Assembly (NCBI GenBank): GCA_963744145.1
Contig: CAVUSO010000001.1
Location: forward strand, 5,728,001-5,792,000
Direction of reading: 5' to 3'
Origin: an uncultured cyanobacterium
GTDB lineage: Bacteria > Cyanobacteriota > Cyanobacteriia > Cyanobacteriales > CAWUOF01
Length of the DNA stretch: 64,000 bases
The position numbers and the translations under genes were made by a program. Below the pieces are notes generated by a model. That model did no database searches and had not been told where the DNA came from. It saw only the letters and a list, made by a program, of their open reading frames with translations. This document shows, one piece after another, positions 20,193 to 31,318 of this stretch (within the stretch, counting starts at the first letter, position 1; each line of letters opens with the position of its first letter).

Positions 20193-21251
20193 TTACTTTT
20201 GGCGGTTTAGCTGAGTGTAATATTCTTTATAGGATATATAACACTTTTCTGGATCATAAATGTGACAACGATCAGTAATTTTCTTCATTAACGCCCAAGA
20301 AAAACGGCATTCATAAAGGTAATTTTGCCAATTTTGTTGCAAACTGCGGTGAGCTAGACGCAAGTTATACCAAGGAATAGCTGTGGAAATGTGATGAGGA
20401 ATGTGAACATTAATATCGTGACAGAGGAATTCTACCCAGCGGGGGTAATCACAGTGAACTGTGCCAGTTAGCTGATTTTTGGCTTCGTGCCATTGGTCAG
20501 CGGGAAAATAGGGAATATCTGGTGCTGTATGGTGAACGAGGGTAAAGGTACTCATCCAAAAGTGATAAACCATCCAGGGAATGACCCAGAATTTAATGAC
20601 ACCCCAAATTCCTGTGGTGAGCAATAACAATGGCAAAGCGATCGTCGCAAATATGATCACAACTAAGACGGAAAACTTGACTTGCGATCGCTGTTTACCT
20701 TGAAATTGTGACCAATCAAAATGGTACATCGCCCAATGACCAATCGAACCCAACCACCAGAAACGCCCCCGTACAGATTTAAATAATGGCCGTAAAATTG
20801 GTGTTACAGTTTCATAAAATTCTGGTGCAGGAGGATTCCAAGCATTATCCACATCTAGCTTGTTCGTATGAGCATGATGGATATTATGTAGATGACGCCA
20901 GCTATGAAAAGGATAAATCAATGGTAGTAAGGTTAGATGTCCAACTAAGTCATTCACCCATTTGCGGTTAGCAAAAGAACGATGACCACAGTCGTGGGCA
21001 ATCACAAAGAATCCAGTTAATGCTGTTCCTGTAAAAATCCATAAAATCGGGAGCAAAAACCAAGGAGCGATCGCGAGCCCCCAATAGCCCAAGCCCACCA
21101 GTAAGACATTAATTAATACTGTAGCCCAGGCTTTTTGTCTCTGCTTCTGAAAACATTCTCTGGGCAGAGTTTGTAAAATATCCTTGAGTTGGAACTGGTC
21201 AGCGCTGGGGGCAGATACCAAATTCTGGGACGTGACGCTCGTTACTGTCAT
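20193..21251 (-). CDS. desA: Delta-12 acyl-lipid desaturase
   Basis: Histidine boxes HDCGH, HNIHH, HIPHH; WMSTFTLVHHT. Confidence 0.88.
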   Translation of the reverse strand: MTVTSVTSQNLVSAPSADQFQLKDILQTLPRECFQKQRQKAWATVLINVLLVGLGYWGLAIAPWFLLPILWIFTGTALTGFFVIAHDCGHRSFANRKWVNDLVGHLTLLPLIYPFHSWRHLHNIHHAHTNKLDVDNAWNPPAPEFYETVTPILRPLFKSVRGRFWWLGSIGHWAMYHFDWSQFQGKQRSQVKFSVLVVIIFATIALPLLLLTTGIWGVIKFWVIPWMVYHFWMSTFTLVHHTAPDIPYFPADQWHEAKNQLTGTVHCDYPRWVEFLCHDINVHIPHHISTAIPWYNLRLAHRSLQQNWQNYLYECRFSWALMKKITDRCHIYDPEKCYISYKEYYTQLNRQK

Positions 21252-21662
21252 GTCGAATTACAAGCTCTCCAGTTGTTAATCGGGTTAAGTTGACGCATTA
21301 AAAAACTGCTTGCCAAGATTTAAGTAGCAGGCAGTGTGTTTAGGTTTTGTTTTAAATCTATCGGTAAGCTAGTCTAGCAGATTAACTGCTAGCACTTGTG
21401 GTCATCACAACACTGCACTGTCACAAAACCTTAATTTTTATAGCACAAGGTTGAGCATTTCTGGTTCAAACTGGACTTAAATAGAGATTTTTGCAAGAGG
21501 TTAGATAAATTTTTGACCCACAGGACATCATCAGGGCAGGGGTTTTTGCTTTCTTTAACTACAAAAATCCCGATGATGAACTTGGTCAAAATCAAAGTGA
21601 GGGCGATTTAACAGTAAATCTCGGTTGGTGTTAAAACTTGATTCTCGTCTTTTGCTTCACGA

Positions 21663-21902
21663 TTATTGATCCAGAAAGGTTGATTCTTGACGATTTTGCT
21701 TCAGAATTTGCAATTGGTGCAATAAAGATTCCACTTCTGCTTGTAGATGCAAGAATTTAACTTGCTGATCAGCTGGGTACACAGATTTCATTGATTTCAT
21801 CGGGCATTTATGGTTGCTTGATGATGGGGCAGCAGTAGCCCAGTCTTTTGATTCACTGGGTAACTCCTGGGAACTAGATAAACTCACTGAACTAATCAAC
21901 AT
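21663..21902 (-). CDS. Small hypothetical protein
   Basis: YPADQQVKFLHLQAEVESLL coiled segment; start uncertain. Confidence 0.5.
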   Translation of the reverse strand: MLISSVSLSSSQELPSESKDWATAAPSSSNHKCPMKSMKSVYPADQQVKFLHLQAEVESLLHQLQILKQNRQESTFLDQ

Positions 21903-22101
21903 CTTTAATTAGATAGTTATTTTTGCTTACTTAAACCTTTTTGCCATTGTAAACCTAATTTAACATTTAAGGTTAAACAATGTGTCGGTTTATTTACTGG
22001 CAGAAATGGACATCAATCTCCCCAAAGGAGGATCAGCGATCTGAGTATGTCAGGATAAACTAGAGTGCAGCGAAAGTCTAGATGTCTGAGATATAATTAC
22101 T

Positions 22102-23229
22102 GTGCCTTTTCATCTGTCCAATTCTGAGGCTGTTGTGGTAGATAATATGAATCAGAGCGATCGCGCCGATCGCCTCCCTTGGTCAGGTCTAATTGCGACC
22201 TATCGTCCTTATCTACCAGTCAGTGCCACCACACCGGTTGTAACTCTGTTAGAAGGTAATACTCCTCTGATTCCTGTGCCCGCGATCGCCGCACTGGTGG
22301 GGAGAAATGTGGAAGTTTTTGTTAAATATGATGGTCTTAACCCCACGGGTAGTTTTAAAGACCGGGGCATGACGATGGCGATTTCTAAAGCCAAGGAAGC
22401 TGGAGCGACAGCGGTCATCTGTGCCAGTACCGGCAACACCTCAGCTTCTGCTGCGGCTTATGCTAGAAGAGGGGGAATGCGAGCTTTTGTGCTGATTCCG
22501 GATGGTTATGTGGCGTTGGGTAAATTAGCTCAAGCTTTGCTGTATGGAGCCGAGGTTCTGGCAATTAAGGATAATTTTGACCGAGCTTTAGAAATTGTGC
22601 AAGAAATGGCTGGGAGTTATCCCGTTACCTTGGTTAACTCAGTGAATCCTTTTCGTCTGGAAGGTCAAAAAACTGCGGCTTTTGAAATTGTCGATGTTTT
22701 GGGTAATGCTCCTGATTGGCTTTGTATTCCTGTTGGTAATGCCGGCAATATCACAGCATACTGGATGGGATTTTGTCAATACCATCAAGTGGGAAAATGC
22801 GATCGCTTACCCCGGATGATGGGATTTCAAGCGGCTGGGGCTGCCCCCTTGGTGACTGGACATCCCGTTGCCCATCCAGAAACGATCGCGACAGCGATTC
22901 GGATTGGTAATCCCGCTAGTTGGCAATTGGCTGTAGCAGCCCAGCAAGCTAGTCAAGGGGAATTTAATGCGGTAACTGATGAGGAAATTCTCGACGCTTA
23001 TCGTCTCCTTGCTAGTAAAGAAGGGATTTTCTGTGAACCTGCTTCTGCTGCTTCGATCGCTGGATTACTGAAAGTTAAAGATCAAGTTCCCAGTAATGCT
23101 AGGGTGGTTTGTGTCTTGACGGGTAATGGTCTGAAAGACCCAGATACAGCAATTACACATAGTCATAACCAATTTAAGCAGGGGATTGCCCCGGAATTAT
23201 TGGCGGTAGCTGGAGCAATGGGGTTTTAG
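22102..23229 (+). CDS. thrC: Threonine synthase
   Basis: [13 protein letters not shown] lysine, ASTGNT, PVGNAGN, CEPASA, TGNGLKD. Confidence 0.95.
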   Translation: MPFHLSNSEAVVVDNMNQSDRADRLPWSGLIATYRPYLPVSATTPVVTLLEGNTPLIPVPAIAALVGRNVEVFVKYDGLNPTGSFKDRGMTMAISKAKEAGATAVICASTGNTSASAAAYARRGGMRAFVLIPDGYVALGKLAQALLYGAEVLAIKDNFDRALEIVQEMAGSYPVTLVNSVNPFRLEGQKTAAFEIVDVLGNAPDWLCIPVGNAGNITAYWMGFCQYHQVGKCDRLPRMMGFQAAGAAPLVTGHPVAHPETIATAIRIGNPASWQLAVAAQQASQGEFNAVTDEEILDAYRLLASKEGIFCEPASAASIAGLLKVKDQVPSNARVVCVLTGNGLKDPDTAITHSHNQFKQGIAPELLAVAGAMGF

Positions 23230-23755
23230 CTTCGGGCAGTTGTTTGGGAGAAAGATGGGGTTCTGGGAGCGGAGTTGAATGAGGAGTAGGTGTGGGGAGG
23301 AGATCATCGGGTTTAATTTCACGAGTACCTCGTCCCTTGGCAAACTGTTCAATCGCATCTCCCAACGCTATGGTTAAGCTAGTCCGAGTTTGAGCGTGAT
23401 TTTGTTGTTCAGTCACTAAAGCCTGAGCTAAGCGATCGCGCTCTTGTAAAACTGTGCTTAATTTAGCCTGTAAAGCTTCTACCGTGAGCAATGATGCTAG
23501 CTCTGACTCAGGTTGATTGGTTTCCTCTAGGGTCGCTGGAGTCAGACCTCGCAGTTGTTGGATTTCGACCTTGAGCGCATCAATAGCATCTTTGGCTAAC
23601 TTAGTCTCGGTTCGACGCTGCTCGGCTTCTTTATTATAAAGTTCCCGCCAATCAGCCTCCTTTGTTCTGGCTGCATCGCGATCGCGATAAGCTTGGGCTA
23701 ATTGTTGTTGTAAGGATTTAATTTCTGCCAACCATTGAATAACTTCTTGGGTCAT
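23174..23755 (-). CDS. Coiled-coil hypothetical protein
   Basis: Heptad-rich 193 aa with Pro-rich tail; GGGAG RBS. Confidence 0.7.
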   Translation of the reverse strand: MTQEVIQWLAEIKSLQQQLAQAYRDRDAARTKEADWRELYNKEAEQRRTETKLAKDAIDALKVEIQQLRGLTPATLEETNQPESELASLLTVEALQAKLSTVLQERDRLAQALVTEQQNHAQTRTSLTIALGDAIEQFAKGRGTREIKPDDLLPTPTPHSTPLPEPHLSPKQLPEAKTPLLQLPPIIPGQSPA

Positions 23756-23825
23756 TGATTACTGCTCCCTATTTTCCCGCTATCCAAAATGACAATGCTG
23801 AGTCATTTTTATCGTAATCAGAATT

Positions 23826-24797
23826 TTGCTCATGCAGATCATGAAATTTCTGTTCCGCTTTTTCCGTTTCTTTCTCTATGTTAATTGGAAGACACTGCGG
23901 GAAGTTGTTGATCGTATTAATAAGCAACGCTTATCTGGGTTATCTTCCGAGATCGCTTATAACTCTATTCTCGCCCTTTTTCCGGCCCTAGTAGCTCTTT
24001 TAGCAGCGATCGGTCTATTTGAATATTTGCAATCTGCTCTTTACCAACTAGCTGATCCCTTTACTGATGTTGTCCCCGAAGGAATTCAGGATCTCATTCA
24101 AAGTTTTTTTTCAGAAATTACCAGCAATAGTAACCAAGGACTATTTTCTTTAAGTTTTATTGCTTCCCTTTGGGCTTTTTCCAGTGCAATTAGTGCCACC
24201 ATGGCAGCATTGGATCAAATTCATCAAGTCCCTAGCATCCAAAGTCGTCCTTTTTGGAAATCGAAACTGGTTGCTCTTGGACTAAGTATTGGCACAATTG
24301 TTCTCCTGATCTCGGCCTCAGCTCTAGTATTCATTAGTGATATAATCGTCAAAATCTTAGCCCGTAAAAGTTGTTTAGTAGACTCTCTCACGCAATGTCA
24401 GTTAATGTCACTTCAAAATTGCCATCCCGCAATAGTTCACCATTGCGATTTAGCAGAACAATTACTGGCTGTCTGGCAACTTTGGATTTGGCCCATAACC
24501 TTCGGGATTGTGGCTGTGGCTTTTGCTTTTATTTATTATTGGGGACCTAGTCGTCGTCTTAGGGGAACTCCGATTATGCCCGGAGCCATTTTAGCCGCGA
24601 TCTCTTGGGCCGGAATTTCCCGTTTATTTCGTTTATATGTCGAGAACTTTGCTAACTATAATCGGACTTATGGTGCGATCGGTACGGTAATTATTTTACT
24701 CTTATGGCTTTATCTTAGTGCGTTAGTGATGCTGATTGGTGCCCAGCTCAATGTGACAGTTGGTCGTGCAATGCAACGCGATCGAACTCAAAAATAA
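23826..24797 (+). CDS. YihY/BrkB family membrane protein
   Basis: IAYNSILALFP, YNRTYGAIG..IILLLWLY, IGAQLN. Confidence 0.88.
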   Translation: MLMQIMKFLFRFFRFFLYVNWKTLREVVDRINKQRLSGLSSEIAYNSILALFPALVALLAAIGLFEYLQSALYQLADPFTDVVPEGIQDLIQSFFSEITSNSNQGLFSLSFIASLWAFSSAISATMAALDQIHQVPSIQSRPFWKSKLVALGLSIGTIVLLISASALVFISDIIVKILARKSCLVDSLTQCQLMSLQNCHPAIVHHCDLAEQLLAVWQLWIWPITFGIVAVAFAFIYYWGPSRRLRGTPIMPGAILAAISWAGISRLFRLYVENFANYNRTYGAIGTVIILLLWLYLSALVMLIGAQLNVTVGRAMQRDRTQK

Positions 24798-24969
24798 TTG
24801 CTCGACACTTTGGCTGTTAGATGATAAAATCCGGTTTTAATAGCTAATCTTGCTGATTCTGACCTACTGCTAAGCGTGCTGATCGCGTTTTCAGATTAAA
24901 TTGCAGTTTTGTTGTCGTTGTGAAATTCAGCACTAGACAATATAAAAAATGCAGGGAGTATCATAAAAA

Positions 24970-26355
24970 ATGTATAAAGCCACCGAGAAAACCAGAATTC
25001 ATGATGACCAAAAAAATCAGCTATGGCAAGAGGTAGAAACTGTTTTAAATCAACATCATTGGTTAGAAATTACTGAATATATTTCTCTAGCTGGCTCTGC
25101 GGTTGGTTCCCTAGTTGCCTTGTTATCTCAACAGGTATTCTATGCTTCTGCACCTCTTACCGTAGCACTCTCACTGAATTTAATTAATCGTTATCGTTGG
25201 GAAAAAAAGCCAGAAAAAAATCAGCCTCCCCGTCCTCAAATTGAACAGGTATTACCACCATCTCCCCCCAAAACTCCAGTCTTATTTCATCCGGTAGAAA
25301 CCTTCGATCCAGCAGACTTTGATCATACGGATCTGGGAGAAGTTCAGCGTTCCGTTGCAGATAACCGCGAAAGTACAGTAGCTGGAATATTGGAAGTTCG
25401 TCAGCAACTAAGTAGAGAAATTGAAAATTTGCGAGTCCAAGTGCAAACTTTGTCTCTGTCTGAGCGAGTTGATCTGAGTGGAATTGATGAATCCATTGTA
25501 AAATTAGGCAAAGCGATCGCCCATCTCAAACGGGAAAATCGTCAGACCGTGATGCCCTATTTGGTCAAAATGGGAACCGCGATTCATAAATTACAACAAT
25601 ATCAAAAAACTTCCGAATTGTCAACTATTTCTTTGCAAGATGCGATCGCCAAATTACGTCAAGAATTAGATGAGTTAGCACAACAACGTGCTACAATAAA
25701 TCCCGCCGGATCACCCACGGAAATAGAAGCTTTAGTGGCTGAATCAGTCCAAGGTTGGGTAGAAGAAATTAGTCAACAATTAAAGGACATTAAAACTCAT
25801 AATTATGATTTGATTCTGGAACGCGATCGCTCAAGAGCATTGATGATTGAAGCTCTTTTAAATGCAGAAGAGCAAGTAATTATAGTTAGTCCCTGGTTGA
25901 AACAGCGTGCATTTAAAAAAGATAATTTACTCGACCAAATTGAAGCAGCTTTAAAACGGAATATTCGGGTGCGAATTGGTTGGGGTTATGGGGAAGATAT
26001 TGGGTTAGAAACAGACCAAGAAAAATTAATTACCATCAATAATCGTCAGTGGTTTTATCACAAAAATCGAGATGAATTACTTAAATATGCTGCTTTGGGT
26101 GATTTGTTACAATTAAAGCAAACTTATCCCAATCAACTAGTGCTGAAACTTTTAGGGACCAAGGAGAATTTTTTAATTTGCGATTCATCGAAAAACGGAA
26201 TTCGCTCTCCCCATGCTTTTGCTTGGTTGGGGACCCATAGTTTACTAGGAGCAGATGGGGATAGTGGACAACCGGAAATTGGACTTTATACCACAGACCC
26301 AGGAATTATTGCCGAATTAATCTATTCTTTTGAAAAAGCAAAAATGCACAGATAG
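24970..26355 (+). CDS. TM/coiled-coil protein with degenerate phospholipase D-like C-terminal domain
   Basis: IIVSPWL, RIGWG, GTKENFLICD in place of HxKxxxxD, PEIG. Confidence 0.7.
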   Translation: MYKATEKTRIHDDQKNQLWQEVETVLNQHHWLEITEYISLAGSAVGSLVALLSQQVFYASAPLTVALSLNLINRYRWEKKPEKNQPPRPQIEQVLPPSPPKTPVLFHPVETFDPADFDHTDLGEVQRSVADNRESTVAGILEVRQQLSREIENLRVQVQTLSLSERVDLSGIDESIVKLGKAIAHLKRENRQTVMPYLVKMGTAIHKLQQYQKTSELSTISLQDAIAKLRQELDELAQQRATINPAGSPTEIEALVAESVQGWVEEISQQLKDIKTHNYDLILERDRSRALMIEALLNAEEQVIIVSPWLKQRAFKKDNLLDQIEAALKRNIRVRIGWGYGEDIGLETDQEKLITINNRQWFYHKNRDELLKYAALGDLLQLKQTYPNQLVLKLLGTKENFLICDSSKNGIRSPHAFAWLGTHSLLGADGDSGQPEIGLYTTDPGIIAELIYSFEKAKMHR

Positions 26356-26420
26356 GATTTGGGTCAAGTTAAAAGCAGCGACAGCAAATAATTAGGTGAA
26401 GACCACAGGTAAAAATAATT

Positions 26421-28334
26421 ATGATAGGTGATGGGATCAAAGCATGGATAGCCAGATCTAAGCATAGATCAGCAGTAACCGGGATGCTGACCGGAGCATG
26501 GATTATCGCTCAAGGAATATTACCTTTAGCTCCAGCGATCGCTGATCCACCTCGGACGGGGATGAGTTATAGTGAGTTATTGCAAAAAATTGATGCTGGT
26601 AAAGTTGCGAAAATTGAGATTGACCCAGCAACCAGAATCGCGAGAGTACAGTTAGAAGGTCAAAAGAAAAGTGAACCTTTAAAAGAGGTGACACTGTTTG
26701 AACAATACTCCGAGCTATTACAAAAAATTCGCGAAAAAAATCGCAATGGAGAAGAAATTCAAGTTGATGTGCGACCATCTGCTGATAACAGTGTAGCAGT
26801 TCAGTATTTGGCTAATTTTCTGCTGATCTTACTGGTAATTGGTGCATTGATGATGATTTTACGTCGCTCAACTAATGCTTCTAATCAAGCAATGAATTTT
26901 GGTAAATCCCGAGCGAGATTCCAGATGGAAGCAAAAACTGGGGTCATGTTTGATGATGTCGCTGGAATTGAAGAAGCAAAAGAAGAGCTTCAAGAAGTAG
27001 TTTCCTTCTTGAAAAAACCCGAAAAATTTACAGCGATCGGTGCAAAAATTCCCAAGGGAGTCTTGTTAGTGGGTCCACCAGGAACCGGAAAAACCCTCTT
27101 AGCAAAAGCGATCGCAGGGGAAGCAGGTGTACCTTTTTTTAGTATCTCCGGTTCAGAATTTGTCGAAATGTTTGTGGGAGTGGGAGCTTCACGAGTTCGG
27201 GATTTGTTCAAAAAAGCTAAAGAAAACTCACCCTGTATTATTTTTATTGATGAAATTGATGCTGTGGGTCGTCAACGGGGTGCTGGAATTGGTGGTGGTA
27301 ATGATGAACGAGAACAAACTCTCAACCAGTTACTCACCGAAATGGATGGATTTGAAGGGAATGTCGGAATTATCATTATTGCAGCAACCAACCGTCCCGA
27401 TGTATTGGATACAGCTCTATTACGTCCAGGAAGATTTGACCGACAGGTAATGGTAGATTTACCAGGGTATAAAGGGAGACTGGGAATTTTACAAGTTCAT
27501 GCTCGGAATAAAAAATTAGCTGAAGATGTATCAATTGAAGCGATCGCTCGAAGAACTCCTGGATTTTCCGGTGCTGATTTAGCTAATTTGCTAAATGAAG
27601 CAGCAATTTTAACTGCTCGTCGTCGTAAAGATGCAATTACTCCTTTGGAAATTGACGATGCAATCGATCGGGTGACTATTGGTTTAACTTTGACACCCTT
27701 ATTGGATAGTAAGAAAAAGCGATTAATTGCTTATCACGAAGTTGGTCATGCTTTGTTAATGACTTTGTTGAAAAACTCTGATCCCTTAAATAAAGTAACA
27801 ATTATTCCTCGTTCCGGAGGTGTGGGTGGTTTTGCTCAACAAATCTTTAATGAAGAAATGGTTGATAGTGGACTGTATAGTCGCGCTTGGATTTTAGACC
27901 AAATTACCATTTTATTAGGGGGAAGAGCCGCAGAAACTGTAGTATTTGGGGAAGCAGAAGTAACAGCAGGAGCAAGTAGTGATATTAAAGGAGTAGCGAC
28001 TTTAGCACGGGAAATGGTAACTCGTTATGGAATGTCTGATTTAGGACCAGTTGCTTTAGAAGGATCGGGTCAGGAAGTATTTCTAGGTAAAGACTGGATG
28101 GCTCGTTCCGAGTATTCTGAAGAAGTAGCTACTAAAATTGATCAAGAAGTACGAGCGATCGCTTTTCGTTGTTATGAACAAGCTTGTCAGTTAGTTCGGG
28201 AGAATCGCGTGCTGTTAGATACATTAGTCGATCTATTATTAGAACAGGAAACCATTGAGGGAGATCAATTTCGGAAAATTGCAGCAGAATATGTAGAACT
28301 ACCGGAAAAGCAACTTAATTCTTTATTCAGTTAA
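26421..28334 (+). CDS. ftsH: ATP-dependent zinc metalloprotease FtsH
   Basis: [26 protein letters not shown]. Confidence 0.97.
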   Translation: MIGDGIKAWIARSKHRSAVTGMLTGAWIIAQGILPLAPAIADPPRTGMSYSELLQKIDAGKVAKIEIDPATRIARVQLEGQKKSEPLKEVTLFEQYSELLQKIREKNRNGEEIQVDVRPSADNSVAVQYLANFLLILLVIGALMMILRRSTNASNQAMNFGKSRARFQMEAKTGVMFDDVAGIEEAKEELQEVVSFLKKPEKFTAIGAKIPKGVLLVGPPGTGKTLLAKAIAGEAGVPFFSISGSEFVEMFVGVGASRVRDLFKKAKENSPCIIFIDEIDAVGRQRGAGIGGGNDEREQTLNQLLTEMDGFEGNVGIIIIAATNRPDVLDTALLRPGRFDRQVMVDLPGYKGRLGILQVHARNKKLAEDVSIEAIARRTPGFSGADLANLLNEAAILTARRRKDAITPLEIDDAIDRVTIGLTLTPLLDSKKKRLIAYHEVGHALLMTLLKNSDPLNKVTIIPRSGGVGGFAQQIFNEEMVDSGLYSRAWILDQITILLGGRAAETVVFGEAEVTAGASSDIKGVATLAREMVTRYGMSDLGPVALEGSGQEVFLGKDWMARSEYSEEVATKIDQEVRAIAFRCYEQACQLVRENRVLLDTLVDLLLEQETIEGDQFRKIAAEYVELPEKQLNSLFS

Positions 28335-29145
28335 CCGTAGGGGCGAAGCATTCGGGCGACAATGGAACAATCAAACCAGTAAAATCATATCCGAATGCTT
28401 CGCCCAGCTGCACCGATATCCCCAAAATACTCTTAATTCTTAATTCAGTCAACCGTAGGGGCGAAGCATTCGGGCGACAATGGAACAATCAAACCAGTAA
28501 AATCATATCCGAATGCTTCGCCCTGCTGCGCCGATATCCCCAAAATACTCTTAATTCTTGATTCAATTAACCGTAGGGGCGAAGCATTCGGGCGACAATG
28601 GAACAATCAAACCAGTAAAATCATATCCGAATGCTTCGCCCAGCTGCACCGATATCCCCAAAATACTCTTAATTCTTAATTCAGTCAACCGTAGGGGCGA
28701 AGCATTCGGGCGACAATGGAACAATCAAACCAGTAAAATCATATCCGAATACTTCGCCCAGCTGCACCGATATCCCCAAAATACTCTTAATTCTTGATTC
28801 AATTAACCGTAGGGGCGAAGCATTCGGGCGACAATGGAACAATCAAACCAGTAAAATCATATCCGAATGCTTCGCCCAGCTGCACCGATATCCCCAAAAT
28901 ACTCTTAATTCTTAATTCAGTCAACCGTAGGGGCGAAGCATTCGGGCGACAATGGAACAATCAAACCAGTAAAATCATATCCGAATGCTTCGCCCAGCTG
29001 CACCGATATCCCCAAAATACTCTTAATTCTTGATTCAGTCAACCGTAGGGGCGAAGCATTCGGGCGACAATTAAACAATCAAACCAATAAAATCATATCC
29101 GAATGCTTCGCCCAGCTTCGCCGATATCCCCAAAATATTCTTAAC
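28333..29145 (+). repeat. Tandem array of 7 x 118-bp units, each with a GTAG-REP-type hairpin
   Basis: Units start at 28333, 28451, 28569, 28687, 28805, 28923, 29041; arms GGGCGAAGCATTCGG/CCGAATGCTTCGCCC around a near-constant 35-nt loop. Confidence 0.95.
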
Positions 29146-29152
29146 TAATTTC

Positions 29153-29794
29153 CTAACGTCTAGAAATTGATGATCCAGAATTAATTTGGTCTGCGTACAT
29201 AGCACGAAGAACCATAGCTGGATCTACCCATTGACTAGCATATCTTAAACCCCAGTGGAGGTGAGGTCCAGTAGTCCGACCAGTCATTCCCACACGAGCA
29301 ATTCTCGTCCCAGCTGGGACCACTTCACCTTCCCAAGTTTGAATTCCCCCATTCCGATCGACCAGAGCGAGTTTACCGTCAGCTTTAGTTACCTGTCCAG
29401 AGATATGACAATAAATATGTTCCCACGGACCAGATTGAATTACTAATCCATTACCACAGCGATCGTCTTCAATAACTTCAACGACTTTACCACTCCACCA
29501 GTTACGAATATAACTACCTTCTGGTGCAGCTAAATCTAATCCATAATGAAATTCTCCATAACCCCTTGGACCAAAGGGAGATGTATACTCTTGAAAGTTT
29601 TCGACTGGAAAAGACGCACCTCTCCAACTACTACGGGTCGAAACTTGATAATTTTGTGCTTCTTGAGCATTGACAACTTGTTTTTGAGCAGGGATGCTAA
29701 GTACAAATACTAAACTTAATCCGGTCAATAGCAGTAATTTAGTAGATCTAATCAAGTTTTTGGAGGTGTCCATCGGTCTAAACTTTTGCTTCAT
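29153..29794 (-). CDS. M23 family peptidase with signal peptide
   Basis: HYGLDLA, YCH, TGPHLHW. Confidence 0.88.
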   Translation of the reverse strand: MKQKFRPMDTSKNLIRSTKLLLLTGLSLVFVLSIPAQKQVVNAQEAQNYQVSTRSSWRGASFPVENFQEYTSPFGPRGYGEFHYGLDLAAPEGSYIRNWWSGKVVEVIEDDRCGNGLVIQSGPWEHIYCHISGQVTKADGKLALVDRNGGIQTWEGEVVPAGTRIARVGMTGRTTGPHLHWGLRYASQWVDPAMVLRAMYADQINSGSSISRR

Positions 29795-30121
29795 TGCTTC
29801 GTTTCCTTAATTAAAGGTGATAATGCTGGAGTTTTTACCCTTTCAAGTGGACTGGTGTAATTACAAGTTGACTTTAGCATTGTCAGGATTTTCCAGTTTA
29901 AGATTCTCCCAGAATGCTGACCTAATTTTGGTCACTTTTTGGGACGAAAATACTTAGTCTAGGTTTCTCCCCATCTAATATCATGCTGGGATGGATATTA
30001 TCAGCAAAGTTATGTAACTGTAAACTTTGATTAGCTATAGTTGGGTCTAAACGATAAACTAAGCTGATTGGTTGCTCTAGTTGGGCTCGGAATAGCCCTA
30101 ATTGTGGATAATAGGATAGAT

Positions 30122-30508
30122 ATGAGGATGATGGTGGAAGTTTTACCATTTCAATTTGGCTTCGATGCGATTATGATCGCTAGTGTGGGGTTATGGTCTT
30201 TAGCTTTATATTTAGGTTTTTCACCGATCGGAGAGTGGATTACTGAAAAAATAATTCGTTGGTTTAATTTTGCGGAGCGATCGTTTTATTTTTCAGTGGA
30301 AGAATTTGAAAAAACTCGGGTAGCTCGAGAAAATCAAAATGCTTTTTATGCTTCGTTGTTTAGTATTGTGCCTTTTTTAGTGGTGGGATGGTTATGTAAT
30401 TATGGTGTAAATATTAGTTTAGGTCGCAGTTGGGCAATTAGTTTAGGAATCTTGTTTTGTATGACTGGTGCTGTCTATGAATTAGCTCGTCGTCACAGTC
30501 AATCCTAG
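30122..30508 (+). CDS. Conserved membrane hypothetical protein
   Basis: Three hydrophobic segments; ATG starts at 30122-30131 more likely than TTG at 30068. Confidence 0.7.
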   Translation: MRMMVEVLPFQFGFDAIMIASVGLWSLALYLGFSPIGEWITEKIIRWFNFAERSFYFSVEEFEKTRVARENQNAFYASLFSIVPFLVVGWLCNYGVNISLGRSWAISLGILFCMTGAVYELARRHSQS

Positions 30509-30528
30509 GATATTGAGTAGTAAATTTT

Positions 30529-31290
30529 ATGGAATTTCCAGTTTATATTTGGTGTGGTTCTTGGAAAATTCATCCTCATCTTTTCTTTGAAGGTTTAGCT
30601 TATGCGATCGCATTTGGTCTAGGGATATTTAAGAAACGGAAAGATCCAATTGCTCCCCACGATCGCACTTCGGTGATCACAGGAGCAATGGTAGGTGCTT
30701 TACTTGGTAGCAAGATTTTGGTAGTCTTACAGCATCTTAATTTAGCTGGAGAAAATTGGCAAGATTTGATTTGGCTGTTCTTCCAAGGAAAAACCGTCGT
30801 TGGTGCTTTAATTGGTGGGTTAATTGGGGTGGAAATCACCAAAAAGATGATTGGAGTGAAACGTTCGACAGGAGATGTGTTTGTCGAACCTTTGATTGTG
30901 GGGATTGCGATCGGAAGAATTGGTTGTTTTTTGACTGGTTTAAGCGATCGCACCTACGGAATTGCGACTAATTTACCTTGGGGTGTGGATTTTGGTGATG
31001 GAATTTCCCGACATCCAACTCAAATTTATGAGATTATGTTTTTGTTGAGTTTATTGATATTCTTACGCATTCGGAGTCACGATCAGCGTCAAGAAGGAGA
31101 TTTATTTAAGTTTTATATGATTGCTTATTTAGGGTTTCGGTTCCTGATTGATTTCATTAAACCTGATTTTCACCTATTGGTCGGACTAAGTGCCATTCAA
31201 ATTGCTTGTTTGCTGACTCTATTATATTACCGTAAAACTATCCCTCGACTAATAGCTTTTGGGTCTAAACGAGTCGAATTTCGCTCTTAA
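30529..31290 (+). CDS. Prolipoprotein diacylglyceryl transferase (Lgt) family paralogue
   Basis: GRIGCFLTG, YG..T.LPWG, RHPTQIYE, RFLIDF; GKTVVGALIGG replaces the usual SFHGG motif. Confidence 0.85.
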   Translation: MEFPVYIWCGSWKIHPHLFFEGLAYAIAFGLGIFKKRKDPIAPHDRTSVITGAMVGALLGSKILVVLQHLNLAGENWQDLIWLFFQGKTVVGALIGGLIGVEITKKMIGVKRSTGDVFVEPLIVGIAIGRIGCFLTGLSDRTYGIATNLPWGVDFGDGISRHPTQIYEIMFLLSLLIFLRIRSHDQRQEGDLFKFYMIAYLGFRFLIDFIKPDFHLLVGLSAIQIACLLTLLYYRKTIPRLIAFGSKRVEFRS

Positions 31291-31318
31291 GCTTTCATCC
31301 CAATTTTGAGGAGAATTT

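Noticed and set aside
17681..22092. 14-bp inverted repeat ATCTCAGACATCTA / TAGATGTCTGAGAT 4.4 kb apart as an invertible segment
   Set aside because: Encloses housekeeping genes, no recombinase nearby, and a third partial copy lies at ~17725; more likely dispersed repeat remnants
28558..29033. Two 79-aa ORFs in the tandem array
   Set aside because: By-products of the 236-bp periodicity; TTG starts without RBS
28333..29145. CRISPR array
   Set aside because: Intervening sequences are near-identical rather than unique spacers, the unit is 118 bp, and no cas genes are in the window
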